Shown piece by piece: positions 13,601-28,600 of a stretch of 64,000 bases of DNA. The notes under the pieces were generated by a model, which was not told the origin of the DNA, ran no database searches, and worked only from the letters and a program-made list of their open reading frames with translations. Source of the stretch: Eledone cirrhosa (Eukaryota); NCBI GenBank assembly GCA_964016885.1, contig OZ024740.1, forward strand, positions 61,876,001 through 61,940,000. The letters are read 5' to 3'. Positions within the stretch are counted from its first letter, which is position 1. The number at the start of each line of letters is the position of its first letter. Position numbers and translations under genes: made by a program.

Positions 13601-16600
13601 ACCACCACCAATACCACCATTGCAGCCACCACCAATACCACCACCATCACCACCAATACCACCACCATCACCACTACCAACACCACCACCATAATCACTG
13701 CTAGTGCTACCATACCGCCCCACCACCACCACTACCACCACTGAAGCCACCACCACCACCACCACCATCACCACCACCATCATCATTTTTATGTCCTCTT
13801 TCCATGCTTGCATTGGTTGGACAAGTTGTCACATTCTGAGAGAAGACTGATCAGGTGACCATATCTTGTTCATACATTCCATATTTGACATGGTTTCTAT
13901 GGCTCAATGTCCTTCCTGACACTAACCACCTTACAGGGTGTACTGGGTTCATTTTTTCAATGAATGCTTTCAATGTAGCTTGGTGATTCATCAAAGGTCA
14001 GAGATATATATTACATCCAACCCATGTCAGCAGGGAAAAGTAGATATCTCTAATCTAATCTGGCCGAGTTTACACTCGCAAATAAGAAAGACCAGGGCTG
14101 GATTTGGATTTGGACCAGGGCTGGATTTGGATTTGGTGTACTTCACATTTGTTTCGGTTACTGAATACAATCAGGGGTCACTGCTTCTCCTGAAGGTCAA
14201 TAGTTCTCTTCTAATTCGAGCGGCAGCGCCTTTCCATTGTCAATTTGCATTAATCATCTGCAAAGCCGCATTGTTCTCAGAACCACTACACCAGTCTTTT
14301 GATGCGTGCAGCTGGAACTACTGCCACCCATTGATTTGGCAGGATTTGGCAGGATTTTTTTTTTAGATGGCCAGATTAGATTAGAGATATCTACTTTTCC
14401 CTGCTGACATGGGTTGGATGAGACATTATTGTGACAGTATCTCCATGGCCAGTTGCCCCTCTTAATGCCAACCAATTCTATATTTATAAATATAATATAT
14501 ATCTCTGACCTTTGTTGAATCACCAAGCTGCATCATCATCATCAGCAACATTGTGGACATCATGTTTACCATTATGGACATGAGTTTTTGTTATCATTGT
14601 CATCTTTGACACTACTGATACTGCTATCACACCACTGCAGTCATCAACATTACTTTCACTAACATCACTATTGTCATTGTCAGCTTGATGTTGTTGTTAT
14701 CATCATCATTGTAGTTGTTTTGATGTTTGTATAGCATTTATATAATTTTGGCTGTTGTGTGGTCTTCCTCCATATTCTTATAACTGTCACAACCATCACC
14801 ACCACCACCACCAATGCCACCACCACAGCTACCACTACTGCTGCTGCTGCCAGCACCACCACTACTAACACCACCACCAATACAACCACCACCTTCACCA
14901 CTACTGCCACCACTGCTACCATCACCACCACCACTACCACCACCACCACCTCCACAACCACTCAAATTTTACTCAAATGTTACTCTTGGCTATAAACCCT
15001 TTGTGGCCCAACCCTTTCCCTACCTAACTTTGATGTTTGTACAAAAATGACTGGAAAACTGATATTCATCAATTGTTTTGGTATCGTCCCATAACTCCGG
15101 ATGGAGTCGTAAGGGCGTCGTATTGACATACAGTGTTTCTTGGGCATCTTAAGCCTGGCAGAGCCCATCCCTTTCCAGGCCTGAGTATAACAGCTTTCTT
15201 CCAAAGAAGGATAGAAAGTGAGAAAGAGATATAGAGGAAGAATCCACCCCAGTACTAGACTGGTAGTTTTTTTATTGACTTCGAAAGGATGAAAGGCAAA
15301 GTTGACCTCAGCAGGATTTGAACATAGAACTGGAACGAATACCACAAAGCATTCTATCTGATATTCTAACGACTCTGCCAATTTGCCGCCTTATTCATCA
15401 ATTAGATATTAAAAAAAAGTGTATGAACTTGACAAAAATCATGGCAGTGATTTACTGAAGATTGCGGGTTACTGCAACGATGGCTACAAAGTGAAATCCT
15501 GGAATATCTTCTATGTGTACCTCACTATAGCCAACATAGTCAAGTCTGTTCCATACGTCTCCTAGGTAACCAGACATTTTCACATCTTCTATCTTCACAC
15601 CATTTCCAGAATTAATCTAGCTCTCCATCTTCAGCTCACCCATACACAACATACACTTAAATGTATCTGTACCAATTTTTTTTTTTCAATATACTAGATA
15701 ATTTTTTCCAATATACTAGATAATTAAATGAGTTCAAATCAAAGATCATTTTCTCTATCCAATGTTTTATCCAAGCTGAGATTAAACTAAATAACAAAAT
15801 TCCAATTACTAGCTAAACAAATAATATCAAATCACATGTGCTTGACAGAAGGTTATTGGGGTCCTTTGTATTTTTATTTTTCTATTTATAATATTCTCAT
15901 CAAACTACATTATTTTTTCTTATATTATTTTCATTTCTTTTATATCTATTTCAACTAGAATGTATTGGAAGACAACTAAACTTTTAACTGATTAATTTTA
16001 AACATGTCACTGTCTGCATATAACTGTCAGCTATTGCTTTCAATTTTCTTTTCTTTTTCTTAATCAGTTCAATAAAATACTACACCTTTGGCATCGAGAA
16101 ACTATTGTTTTAACCTGTAGATTTGTACAGTAATGTCTTTAGCAATCAGCTAAAATAAATAAATAAATTAATATCCATGTGTATGTATGTATGTATGTAT
16201 ATTTGTATGTATGTTCTTCTGGTTTTATAATTTCACAAATTTTTACCAATAGAGAGAGTCGGTTTCTAACATAGACACAAGACTCTCTCATTGGAATTTA
16301 TACAACATCAACTAGGTAGATTATGTATGCATGCATGTGTAGATATGGATGTTATTCTATATGTGGATGTGTATGTTTTGAGTTGTATGTGTGCATGTGT
16401 ATATGCTTTGTATCTGTACATGTGTATATGCAGTTATTAGATGCAACATTTTTGGAATGTTTTACATATTTTTACTGTTCCATTAATGGATTGTACTTGT
16501 AATTTCCTAACTAGTTGTTAGTTGTGTTCTTTCTGTTCCTGTGAAGCCTAGCTTCTCAAGATTTGTATTGAGGCAGTTACTAACATACCCCAGTGCCCCA

Positions 16601-19600
16601 ATAATCACAGGCATAAATCTGAAGGAGTAATCAGGGTGGAGCATCTGCAGATTTCTCATCAGTTCTGCATAAATATTCTCCTTTTCGCTAATCATTGATA
16701 TTATATTGGCATCTGCTGGGCAGCTAATTTTCACTACTGTGCATGCTTTCTTCTCCCTGTCCCATATCATAATATCTGGTCTGTTATGCCTGCATTTTAT
16801 TGGGGTTTTGACTGGAACATTCCACTAGTACTCTTTCATATTATGTACATGGATGTCTTCCACATTGCTGTAGCTTTTAATGCGTTTATTATCGGGGCTA
16901 TCTTTTTTACAAACTGCATTGTACAGTGTTTTTGCCACTACATCATACTTCATAGGTAGATAGTACCGCGATGACATCTTTGGACAGCCGCTGATGACAT
17001 GGGTGATATCCTCGATGTTAGTTCTGCAGAGTCTGCACTTGTTATCACATCTAGGTGTTTTGCCTGCATCCCTATCTCTTTTGTGAATCAGGTATTTCAT
17101 GTTAATCTCCTGTTCTTGGATTGCAAAAGTGTATCCTTCAAAGTGGGAACCAATATAGCGGTTGTTGGTCCAAGATAGACTACTTTCCTTATCTATATTA
17201 CTCTCACTCTGGAGCTTCCTGGCAACAAATCCATGCATGATTTTTTGCTGATAAGCATGCAGTTTTTCATCCATGGATTCACTGCGATACTGCTGAGCGA
17301 CATCCCTGGGTGTGAGTTTTTGATTATCACAAAGGGAATATCTCTCGAGGAGTTCATTCCCAACTCTCATGATCTTATCTGTTTCATGCAGATAGACTTG
17401 CTTGAGAGACGGGCTCCTACGCTTCGAGGTTCGTAGATGTTGTCGGAGAGATATGATGCAACATTCAAATGCTGTCTGCACTGATGTTAGGCCTCTGCCT
17501 CACTGCTTACGTTTCAAGTAAAGGCAGCCTATGTCACTGTTGATGTGGAAGTTTCTGGTGTTGTTTAGTATTTTTTGAGTTCCAACATCAACTACTCGGA
17601 TTTCGCCTATCGTCCAATTGAGTATTCCAAACGTTGGTGTTAGGACAGGCACAGCAAACACATTGTGAGCCACTGTTTTGTTTTGCGCAGAGAGTTCCGA
17701 TTACCAGATCTTTCTTAATCGGGTGTAGTATTCCCTGGTTACGTGTTCCTTATTACAGATACCATTATAGGATATGTTCTCATCTATCTCCAGGTATGCA
17801 TGTGAAGGCACGTGGCTTTATGGTTAGGGTATTCGGCTCACAATCGTAAGGTCATGGGTTTGATTCCTGGCAGTGCATTGTGTCCTTGAGCAAGACACTG
17901 TATTTCATGTTGCTCCAGTCAACTCAGCTGGCAAAAATGAGTTGTACCTGTAATTCGAAGGGCCAGCCTTGTTACATTCAGTATCACGCTGAATCTCCCT
18001 GAGAACTGCATTAAGGGTACATGTGTCTGTGGAATGCTCAGCCACTTGCATGCTAATTTCATGAGCAGGCTGTTCCGTTGATCAGATCAACTGGAACACT
18101 CATCGTAATGTATGTATGTATTCATAAATATTTAATATGTATATACATATGTACATATGTATGTATATGTATATATGTATATGCATGTGTGCATGTGTAT
18201 GTATATGTGCGGGGACATAGAAATAGTCAAACCACTGGGAATGAAGGACCCCTAGCCTTTCTCAGGGCATTCTTCTGGGAGAAGGCAACTCAGGAAACTA
18301 GGATAACTCTGATATAAAACCTGCGACTCAGTAGTTACCGATGATGTTGATCTTCTCTTCTTTTCGGGTTATATAGCTACTGTCGCTCAGAGAGTGGGAT
18401 TGGCTCAGTGCACAGTCTTTCCTCACTTTAAAAAAAATCTTCACGCACAGGCATTGCACGATAGAATTATCATCATCATCATCATCATCATCGTTTAACG
18501 TCCATGTTCCACGCTTGCATGGGTTTGGACGGGAGTTTTCCCACTTGAGGCAAGAGTAGTTGTCTTGCTCGCATAGGACTGTCTGGCGGGTTTTCTACAG
18601 TTGGATGCCCTTCCTAACACCAACCACATTTACAGTGTGGCGCTGGGAGGTTTTTACCATGTTGCCTACACGGCCACATTACAGCGTGGTCTGTCTGGCG
18701 GGTTTTCTACAGCTGGATGCCCTTCCTAACACCAACCACATTTACAGTGTGGGGCTGGGAGGTTTTTTACAGTGTTGCCTACACGGCCACATTTACAGCG
18801 TGGACTGTGTGTTTTTTTTTTTGTCGTGACACCGATCTCATTTTTTTTGTCGTGACACCGATCTCATTTGTTTCGGCCTGGATTTTGTAGCACCAACATA
18901 ACTTTACATTGAAAGGGGCGGTGTGGATGGGGTGGGGGTGGTGGGACGGGGGTGTATTTGTATTTAGATAAGGCGGGTCTTCTCTATTACTGAGTACCGC
19001 CAAAGGTCTCAGTCCAGTGACATTGTCTTGGAGAGGTGTAAGTGTGTGAGGTCGGAATTTATCAGCTCGTCCCAGGTTTTTCTGGGTCTGCCTACTCCGT
19101 GGCTACCGTCTATCTTTATTGCCCTGCACTTTGCTATACAGCTGTCATCTTTCATGCGCATCACGTGACCATACCAACGTAGCCTTCTCTGGAGTAAACA
19201 ACATCTGATTCCTCTTATTTCTAATTTTTTCCTTAGTTCGTTTATGCTTTGCCGTTCGCGTATATTACTATTACAGATCCAGCGGAGCATGCAAGCTTCG
19301 TTCCTCTCTAGTCTGCGTATATCCTCTGCACACAATGCCCAGGTCTCACTGCCATGCAACATTGCTGTTCGTATGCAGGCATCATACAACCTGCCTTTCA
19401 TTTTTAGGGAGAACCCTTTAGCGGCTAATAGTGGTATAAGCTCTCTGAACTTTTTCCATCCAGTTCTGACTCTAGCTACTGTACTTTCAGAGCACCCTCC
19501 CCCACTGCTGATTTTGTCACCCAGGTAACGGATGCTGTCCACTATTTTTATAGAACCCTCTGCGCAATTGAAAGAGCTAGTATTTAGTGGGCACTTGCTG

Positions 19601-22600
19601 CTACTTATTGCACCAGAGCACCGGCCACATGTAAAATCTGTGTTCTCAGTTAGCTTACCTGTGATCCCACTACATCTTTTATGCACCCATACTTTGCATT
19701 TGGGACATAAAATGGAGTTTCTACCTACGCCTTTCCTACACAATGAGCATGGCCATTTCCCGGAAGGGACCGGCGCCATATTTTCTTTCCTACAAACTAG
19801 AACTTTAGTCTTAGCCAGGTTAATTTTAAGGCCTTTTGATTCTAGGCCGTGCTTCCATGTTTGGAATTTCTTCTCTAGCTCGGCCATTGATTCAGCTATG
19901 AGCGTTAGATCATCTGTGTATAGGAGTTCCCATGGGCAGCCGGTCTTGAACTCCTCTGTTATAGCCTGAAGGGCAATAATAAATAGTAGGGGGCTAAGAA
20001 CAGAGCCCTGATGGACACCAACTTTTACGCTAAACTCTTCACTATATTCGTTGCTAATTCTAACCTTGCTCACTGTTTCTTTATACATGGCTTGTATAGC
20101 TCTCACGAGCCATTCGTCAACACCTATTTTTCTAAGAGCCCACCAGATAATGGAATGGGGGACTCTGTCGAAGGCTTTCTCCAAGTCGACAAAGGCTAAG
20201 TATAGGGGTTTACTTTTAGGTAGGTACTTCTCCTGTAGTTGTCGTACAATGAAAAGAGCGTCTGTGGTACTTTTGCCTGACACAAACCCGAACTGCATTT
20301 CATCTAGATCGATTCTCTCTCTGATTAGTTGCACTATTACTTTTTCCGTGACATTCATGACCTGGTCGATTAATTTAGTGCCTCTATAGTTACTCCTATC
20401 TAGGGCGTCTCCTTTACCCTTGTAACAGTTAATGATGATGCTGCTACGCCAGTCCTTCGGAACAACCCCATTCTGTATGACTTGGTTTACTATCTGGGTG
20501 ACCATGGTGTGTCTCACCGTTCCAGAGGCCTTCAGCATCTCAGCAACTATTTCCGAAGGCCCAGCCGCCTTACCCGTCTTCATATCTTTGATTGCCTTAC
20601 TTATTATACTACCTTCAACTAACACTGCTGGTCCCTCTATTGGATCGATCTGGGGGAGACTATCCTTCTCCCATTTATTCTCCTCATTTAGTAGCCTCTC
20701 GTAGTGACACTTCCAAGCGACCTTCTTATCAGCGTCAGTGATGGCGAGTACGCCATCATCATTTAGTACACACTTCTCCCCAACAATATCACGGTTTTCC
20801 TTGACACATTGCCTAGCAATCCTGAACACCTCACGTTTTTGGTCCTCGCGTTGTAGAACATGCTTGAACTTTCTTTCCTCTGCTTCCCTTCTTGCGAAGT
20901 ACACTTGTCTCCTAGCTTCCCTCCTGGCCACTTGATAGTCTTCTCTACTTCCCCCATCCCGCCATACTTTCCAAGCCTGCTTTTTGGCCTTAATCGACTC
21001 CTCCACCTTACTGTTCCACCACCATGTTACTCTCCTCCTGCCTATAGGCCTGCTCCGGCCACAGACTTCGTCTGCCGCCATCAGCAGGTTTGCTTTCAGG
21101 AATTCCCACTGTCCCTCTATATTAATTAATAATTATTAATAATGGTGTATCGTGCAATGGCCATATTCAATAACGAGGGGGCAGCCATCATCATGTATGT
21201 ATGTATGTGTTTGTATGTGGTTAAGAGGCTTGCTTTGAAATTATTATCTCTCAAGTATAATCTCACTGTGTAACATCTTAGGCAAGTCTTATTTACCATA
21301 GCCTTGGGTCAAGCGAGTGAAATTGAATGTACTTGTAATTCAGAGGGTTGGCCTTGTCACACACTGTCACACTGAATCTCCCTGAGAATTACATTAAAGT
21401 TACACGTGTCTGTGGAATGCTCAGCCATTTACATATTAATTTCATGAGTAGGCTATTCTGTTGATCAAAGAACTGGAACACTCATCATAGAAATTGACAG
21501 AGGTCAGTCAACATACTTTAGTATGCATGGCTGGATGACTAGATGGATAAAGCAAAGTTTGTATGTATAGATGATGTATATATGCATGTATGGATGAATG
21601 TGTGGATTGAGGGATGTTTACCTATCTTTCTATTCATCTATCTATTTACCTATCTACCTACCTGCCTACCCAACTATCAAACCACACACACACACACACA
21701 CCTACCAGCACAAGAGATAGAAGGCTAAACAATGCAAAATGGACTGTAAAGAACAACAAAAAACAAAACAAAGATTACCAGTTAACTTACTTTTCGTTAC
21801 CTCATCTTACAGTCCATTTTGCATTTTTCAGCCTTCTATCTCTTTCCATGTTATATATATTATATACAATGATTCAAGCAAACTACAACATTTTAAATTG
21901 TAAATAATATTTTTTTTGCAGATTCTGAATTTGAAGTACAAAACAAAAAATTGAAAACAGTTTTATTTAAAAAAGGATTAATAAAAAAAGTTAGAGAAAG
22001 GGGATGTTAAAAAAAATGATACTAAACTGAATGTGCCTGATATTTGATATTTACTATATTAACCCTTTTGGTTCAAAGCTACCTGAAACAACTCTGGGTT
22101 CTTTGATACAAAACTGTTTATTTTTAAATGTTTATATTTATGTAAAAAGCTTTTCATCATAATTTTATGTTAGAACCTTTGTAAAGTTCTGTTCTGAATA
22201 TTATCTTCATAATAAGAAAGTTAGTTATATTACTAAATCCCTCCAAATTCTTGATTATTCTTGCTAATAGGGAGTTCTTTCATTAGAAATATGGTAATGA
22301 AAGGTAGAAGAAAACTGGATCTTAAAACTCTATCAGGTTAACCCATTGTTTATTAATATATTTTTTAGCTGTTTTTGTTGAAAGGGTTAAATATATTAGC
22401 ACTAATGTAACCATCACATAGATGTGTTAACTTATATTTGTTTTGACATTGGATAGCATACTGCATGCAGGCAATATTTGAGAAAGCAATTACCCAAAAA
22501 TGTGATGGAGACTCTAGAATTGTGCGGAATACCAGGGATGAAGACTGGAGTGATAAGTAAGTAAATGTTAATATTTACATATATATCTGTAAATACACTG

Positions 22601-25600
22601 TAAAGTGGGCATGTAGGTGTCACAACAAAAATAACCCAGTCCACACTGTAAAGAGGTTGTGTAGGTGTCACAACAAAAAGCTCCCAGTTCACACTGTAAA
22701 GAGGTCATGTAGGTGTCACGATAAAAAGCAACCAGTCCACACTGAAAGGTGGTCATGTAGGAGACATGACAAAAAAGCACCCAGCCCACACTGTAAAGTG
22801 GTCATGTAGGAGTCACAGTAAAAAGCACCCAGCACACACTGTAAATGTGGTTGGCATTAGGAAGGGCATCTAGTTGTAGAAATCCTGCCAGAAACAGTTC
22901 TATATGAACAAGACATGGTTACCTGGCCCAACTTGCTTCAAATGGGACAACCTGTCTAACCCATGCTAGCATGGATAGTGGACGTTAAACGATGATGATG
23001 ATGTTGATGATAATATCCTTATTTTTTTTTAAGCCCCAGGTCTATCCAGATTTAGCAGATCTATGATTAAACAAATTCCAGTCATGACAATTCTGACATT
23101 TTGTTCAAACATAGTGTATATCAGACTACATTATCCAACGTGTTTCTCTTTTAAGAAAGTATAGTGTGATTTGAGAGATATTTGACTGCTAATTCTAGCA
23201 GTTCATGTGACCAAATAAAATAAAGGTTGGAAATTCTTACCTGTAAGGGAATTTTGACTATAGTGTTCATATTTGTATTGATATGATTTACATAGGCAGG
23301 TATGGTTTCACCTAGATCCTGTAGAAACTTTAGTTAGAACATCTAACATAATCAGTGAGTTGAGTGAGGCAGTAAATAGATGAGAAAATAAATGAAAGAC
23401 TAAGATGAGTTTAGAGGAGAGAAAACCTGGAGAATTATTTTTCAGAAATTCTTGACTGACCAAGGTAGTGGTGGGAGTGGCAATAGCAGAAGTTGTTATT
23501 GCTGTTTGTGTGTGTGCATACATACATATATAATTCCAACTAAAAACAGGCTGTGATAAAATAACTTGAAAATGACACTTGAAAATTTGTATAACAAAGT
23601 CAGTGGGGTGTGTCTGTATATATCAATAATGATTATATCTCTCATAATAATCAGGGCAGAAAGAATCGATAGCTGATGTATCTAGACCAGGAGCATGCAA
23701 AAGGCGGCTCATGGGCCACAATCCGGCCCGCTAGCCCAGTCAGAGTGGCCCACAATGACTGTTTTAAATTTTTACCTTGTAGGCTTATTTAGAATTTTTT
23801 TTGTAACTGTAATACAATTTTCTGTTAGTTGACCTATACTAAAGGGCTTCACTAATAGGGTTATATGTGTTATAATTTCCCAGTTCCATGTTATGGAAAG
23901 AAGTTGCGAATCTTTGGAATAGTGTTTAATAAATATTAATGGCCCTAATAGTTGTTCCAATGTTCAAAAGTGGCCCACCAATGGAATATGTTGCACACCT
24001 CTTATCTAGACTATTTGATATTGATTTGATTCTATCTAACTGAGCTTTTATTAGATGAGTAACCACTTTCTATATTTCTAGAACTTCCCAATGGCTTGCT
24101 GTCAATGAATTTCCATTTAGTGACACACCTTCTGATTTTATCAATCCATTTGAAGATTCAGAAAAATATGAACTTGAAAAAACATGGCATTTTCTACAAC
24201 ATAAGGTTTGTATTTGTATTTGTCAAATCATAATCTAAAGAGGTCTCTATAGAAATAGTTAATAGCTTCTTTTGCATAGGTAACATAATTAACAGTGGAG
24301 AAAACGGTGCTCTGAAAGCATAATAGATAGAATAAGAACAAGGTGGAAAGATTCAAGGGGCTACTGCCTCTACTGGCAATGAAAGTTCTCTCTCTCAAGG
24401 CTAAATAGTATGATGTGTACATAGTGCAATGTTGTGAGATAATAAGAGTTATATATTGAATGCAGATGATGTGTGAACATTAGATAGAAATCAAGCAAGC
24501 ATGCTCCCATTTATGTGTAAGGTTAGTGTGCTTGAATGGCAAGGCACAGATGAGCTGAGGGAAAATCTGTGCATAAGAGGAATCAGATTTAATGGGCAAC
24601 AGTTAAGATTGTATTGGTAGAGATATGTAATACATATGGATAATAATTGCTGGGTGAAGAAGTGCCAGGAGTTCTATATAGAAGTAAGTGGTAAAGATTG
24701 AATGAGGGAGACTTGGACAGAAGTGGTGAAAGAGGATTTCAGAAAACTGAACTTCACAATGGAGACAACAAAAGAATATGACAAGTGGAGGTACTCCATG
24801 CTGAAGAGGACATATCTAATCCATGCAAGCATGGAAAAAGAGACATAAAAATGACAATTATGAGGATTTATTGTGATGGTGTTTAATTAAAAGAGTGAAC
24901 ACTCTGATTGTACATGAATATAATGGTTTCTGATTTAGGCACAAGGCTAACTTTCGGGGAGAGGGAGTTAAGTTGATTAAATTGACTCCAGTACGTTGCT
25001 GCTGGTGCTTTAATATATCGACCCTGTAAGGATGAAAGGCAAAGCTAACTTCTCATCCTTATGGGATCGATAAAATAAAGTATTGGTAATGCACTGGGGT
25101 TGATTTAATCGACTTGCCCCCTTCCCCAAAAATTGTTGGCCTTGTGCCTAAATCAGAAACCATTATATTTATGCACAATCAGAAGGTTTACTCTTTTAAT
25201 TAAACACCATCACAATAAGTCCCCATTGTCATTTTTTATGTCTCTTTCAATAAATACCAAATGTTTCCAGTAGCTGTAACATTTCATTTAATTCAGTTGT
25301 TATACTGTCTCTGGATTCTGGAATGAAAAGTACATAAAATAGGTACATTCTCTAGAATGGTGATAAAGTAGGTAGAGAGGACTCTTCAGTCTTGCTAAAG
25401 ACATGACATTCTTCTCTGTTGTGCTGGTTCTATGATAAAATATAGCCAGTAGATTCAGTAAAGTGGTTCATGTTAGAAACCATGCCAAAAATGGAATGTA
25501 CAGATGAGATATGGTTCTCTACAAAAGCAGTAACTCCAAATAAGAAATGGTTTGAGCTAGGATGATTAATCCAACCCATGTCAGACACAGAATGATAATG

Positions 25601-28600
25601 ATGATACTTTGTGTCATATATATTGTTTCTGAATCTATGCATTTAGGTATTTAAATCTATCTTATAGATCTACTTACTGGTAAATAACTAAAATACACTA
25701 GGAATGACTTTATCACATAAACACGAATAACATAAGAAGGTTACATCTGTTGACACCTTTTTCTATTTTTTGTGGTTTAATCAGTGAAGGACAAAAAAAT
25801 ATGAATACCAGTGGCTGTTGGAGGTTGATCACGTGATGGGTTAGCACCCTGTCTAAAAGGGAATCTTGTACTCTCAATCATTTAATGTCAATGATACTGG
25901 GATAAGCAGAGCATGGGCTTCATGCAATTTGTGCAAGCATAGAAATACAGATGTAAAACAGCAGGTCTATCAATGAAGATCAGATACAAATAATCAAACA
26001 GGCTTTTTTAGTTTCCATCCCTTCAGTTTCACTCAACAAGCTTGGCTTGACTTAAAGAGGCTATGGTAGAAGACACTTGTTGAAGATCCCATGCAATGGG
26101 ATTGAATCCAGAACCATATGATTGTGAAGTCAACTTCTTAACCACATGGACACGTCTGTATCTTTAGAAAAACTGATCTTAAGTTTACATAGGAAATCAA
26201 TATCAACCCTTTTCAAACCAACCTACCTCCAAATCACCTTTGGTTTTATGAAACCATATCACATTATCATCATTGTGGATTGGAAGTATCGGTAGAGGGT
26301 CAGACACCATGCTTTCCAGCATAGTTACATCCCTTTACGATCTGAATTCAAATCCCGCCGAGGTTGACTTTGCCTTTCATTCTGACGGGGTCGATAAAAT
26401 AAAGTACCAGTAATGCACTGGGTAATTGCTGGCCTTGTGCCTAAAGTAGAAACAATTATCATCATTACCATTTAACGTCCATTTTTCCACACTTGCACAG
26501 GTTAGATGAGTTGTTCTTTTGTGAGACATGCCATATCAGATGACCATGTCTTGCTCATACAGAACTCTTTCTGCCCTTCCTAATGCCAACCACATTTTCA
26601 GTGTGGACTGGATGCTTTTTATTGTGGCACAAAAATGACCACTTTACAGTGTGGGTTGGGTGCTTTATTGTCATTGTAATTAATTTATATTTCAATTAAA
26701 AGCTTCCAAAAATATTTGGTATGGAAACCTTATATCAAGTTATATTACAAATACCATCTTAATAATGAAATAATTAATAATTCTAATAAATCCTGCAAAT
26801 TCTTCTTTAATCAATTAGAATACTGTGTATTTTATTATAAATATGAAAATGAAAGGGTTAAAGAATAAAAAGATGGTACAGTTTAAAAAAAATGTCTTTT
26901 AATATTTAGTTTTGTTTCTTTACATTCAAATCCCAGGATAAATTTTTCTTCTTATTCTTTTGGAGTTGATAAATGAGTCCCAATTATACCCTAGTGTCAA
27001 TTTAAAAATTATATTGCTTTTCTTTACATTTCATTTTTGGCCTTGTGCAAATATATCAGTTTAACCCTTTCCCTTCCATATTGCTAATGAAAGAAAATGC
27101 TTATGATTTTCATATAATTTTTAAAATAACCAAGAATTTCAAAAGAGTTAGTAAAATTAAGCTAATGTTTGGAGCAAAACTTAAAGGTACTTACATAAAA
27201 TTATGATAGGATTTTAGATATATATAAATACTTTAAAGTATATAGTTTGGTATTGTAGAAACAAGAGCTGTTTGGTTTCAGAAGCATAATGCAGAGGGAT
27301 AATTTGTTTTAAAATTGCCTAATGCAGCATTTGAATCTAATATACACTGATATAAGAGCATTCTAATTCACTTACCATTCTATTGCAAGAAGAAAATTTA
27401 GGTTGTTGATAAGAATAAACAAGGGAAAACTCACTCAAATAAACAAATCATATGTAAGGCCTAAATCAATATATTGTAGAACTTAGCCCAGTTCTAAAAG
27501 AGTAAAAGTATATGCTGAAGCTAATTCAGAAGAATATACCGAAGCTAGTACTAGTATGTAGACATTTATTTTATTTTAACTGAACTGGTTTTTAAAATTA
27601 TATTTTCTAAATTGTGCTTCTGTTTCTATCTTCAGATTAGAAGTGATCAGATTCTTTTACCCGAGGTTGTCATAAACCAGAAGTTGCCACGATCAGACAA
27701 AGAATTATGGCCTACTGATTCACAAATATGGAAGATTTGTAAGGTAAGTAATTCATATAATATATCAAAAGAAACAAATATTTATGGTTTCAGCCAATAG
27801 AAGAAATCTTTATTAATACCTTTGTGACCATGTTTCTAAGGAAATGCACTGCCTATATTTGAAATGAAGTCCACTTTGCCTTTCATCCTTTGGAGTTGAT
27901 AAAATAAAGTACAAAATGCTTGTAAGTAAGTGGACTTCGCTAAAGGCATCCAAGTAGATCATAGTTGAATTTGAACTCAGAATATCACAAGGCACTCTAC
28001 TCTAACAAAGTTTATGTTAGTATGTCACGCAAAAAATTATAAATAAAAGTATAAATAAAATATAAAATTAATAAAAAATAATATAAATTAAGAAAATAAT
28101 AATAAATCAATAAAAATGAAAATATAAAAATAAATAAAATATAAAATTAATAAAAAAAAATAGAAATTAAGAAAATAATAACGAATAATAATAAATCAAT
28201 AAAAATGAAAATATAAAAATTAATTAAATTAAAACTGTATTTCAGTGTGTCATGCAAAAAAAGAAAAAAAATGTTTAATGGTGATTGATATTTTGTCTTC
28301 TCTGATGACATGCTATACATAGAATGTTATCCACAAATGATGTCCTCTCTGAGTCATGCCAATATTTATCATCACTAGCCTACCTATTTCAGTGAGTAAT
28401 TTACAAGCTGGTAGCTTAACACAGTATCCACTCAGTTATTGTGCTTCTATAGGCAATGAATTTTCAGAATCATTTGAATATCAGATAGAATGCTTTGCAA
28501 TATTTGTTTTGGTTCATTGTGCTCTGAGTTGAAAACCCTCCAAGGTCAACTTTGCCTTTCATCCATTTGGGATTAATAAAGAAGTTCCAATTCAGTACTG

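Noticed and set aside
13110-13813. Repetitive ORFs (YIHSYM.., poly-V/G)
   Set aside because: Translations of minisatellite and (CAC)n tracts
22595-22860. CRISPR-like array
   Set aside because: Units are tandem copies with no unique spacers and derive from the RTE 3' UTR; eukaryotic context with no cas genes
28035-28235. A/T-only tandem duplication
   Set aside because: Low-complexity slippage with no further structure
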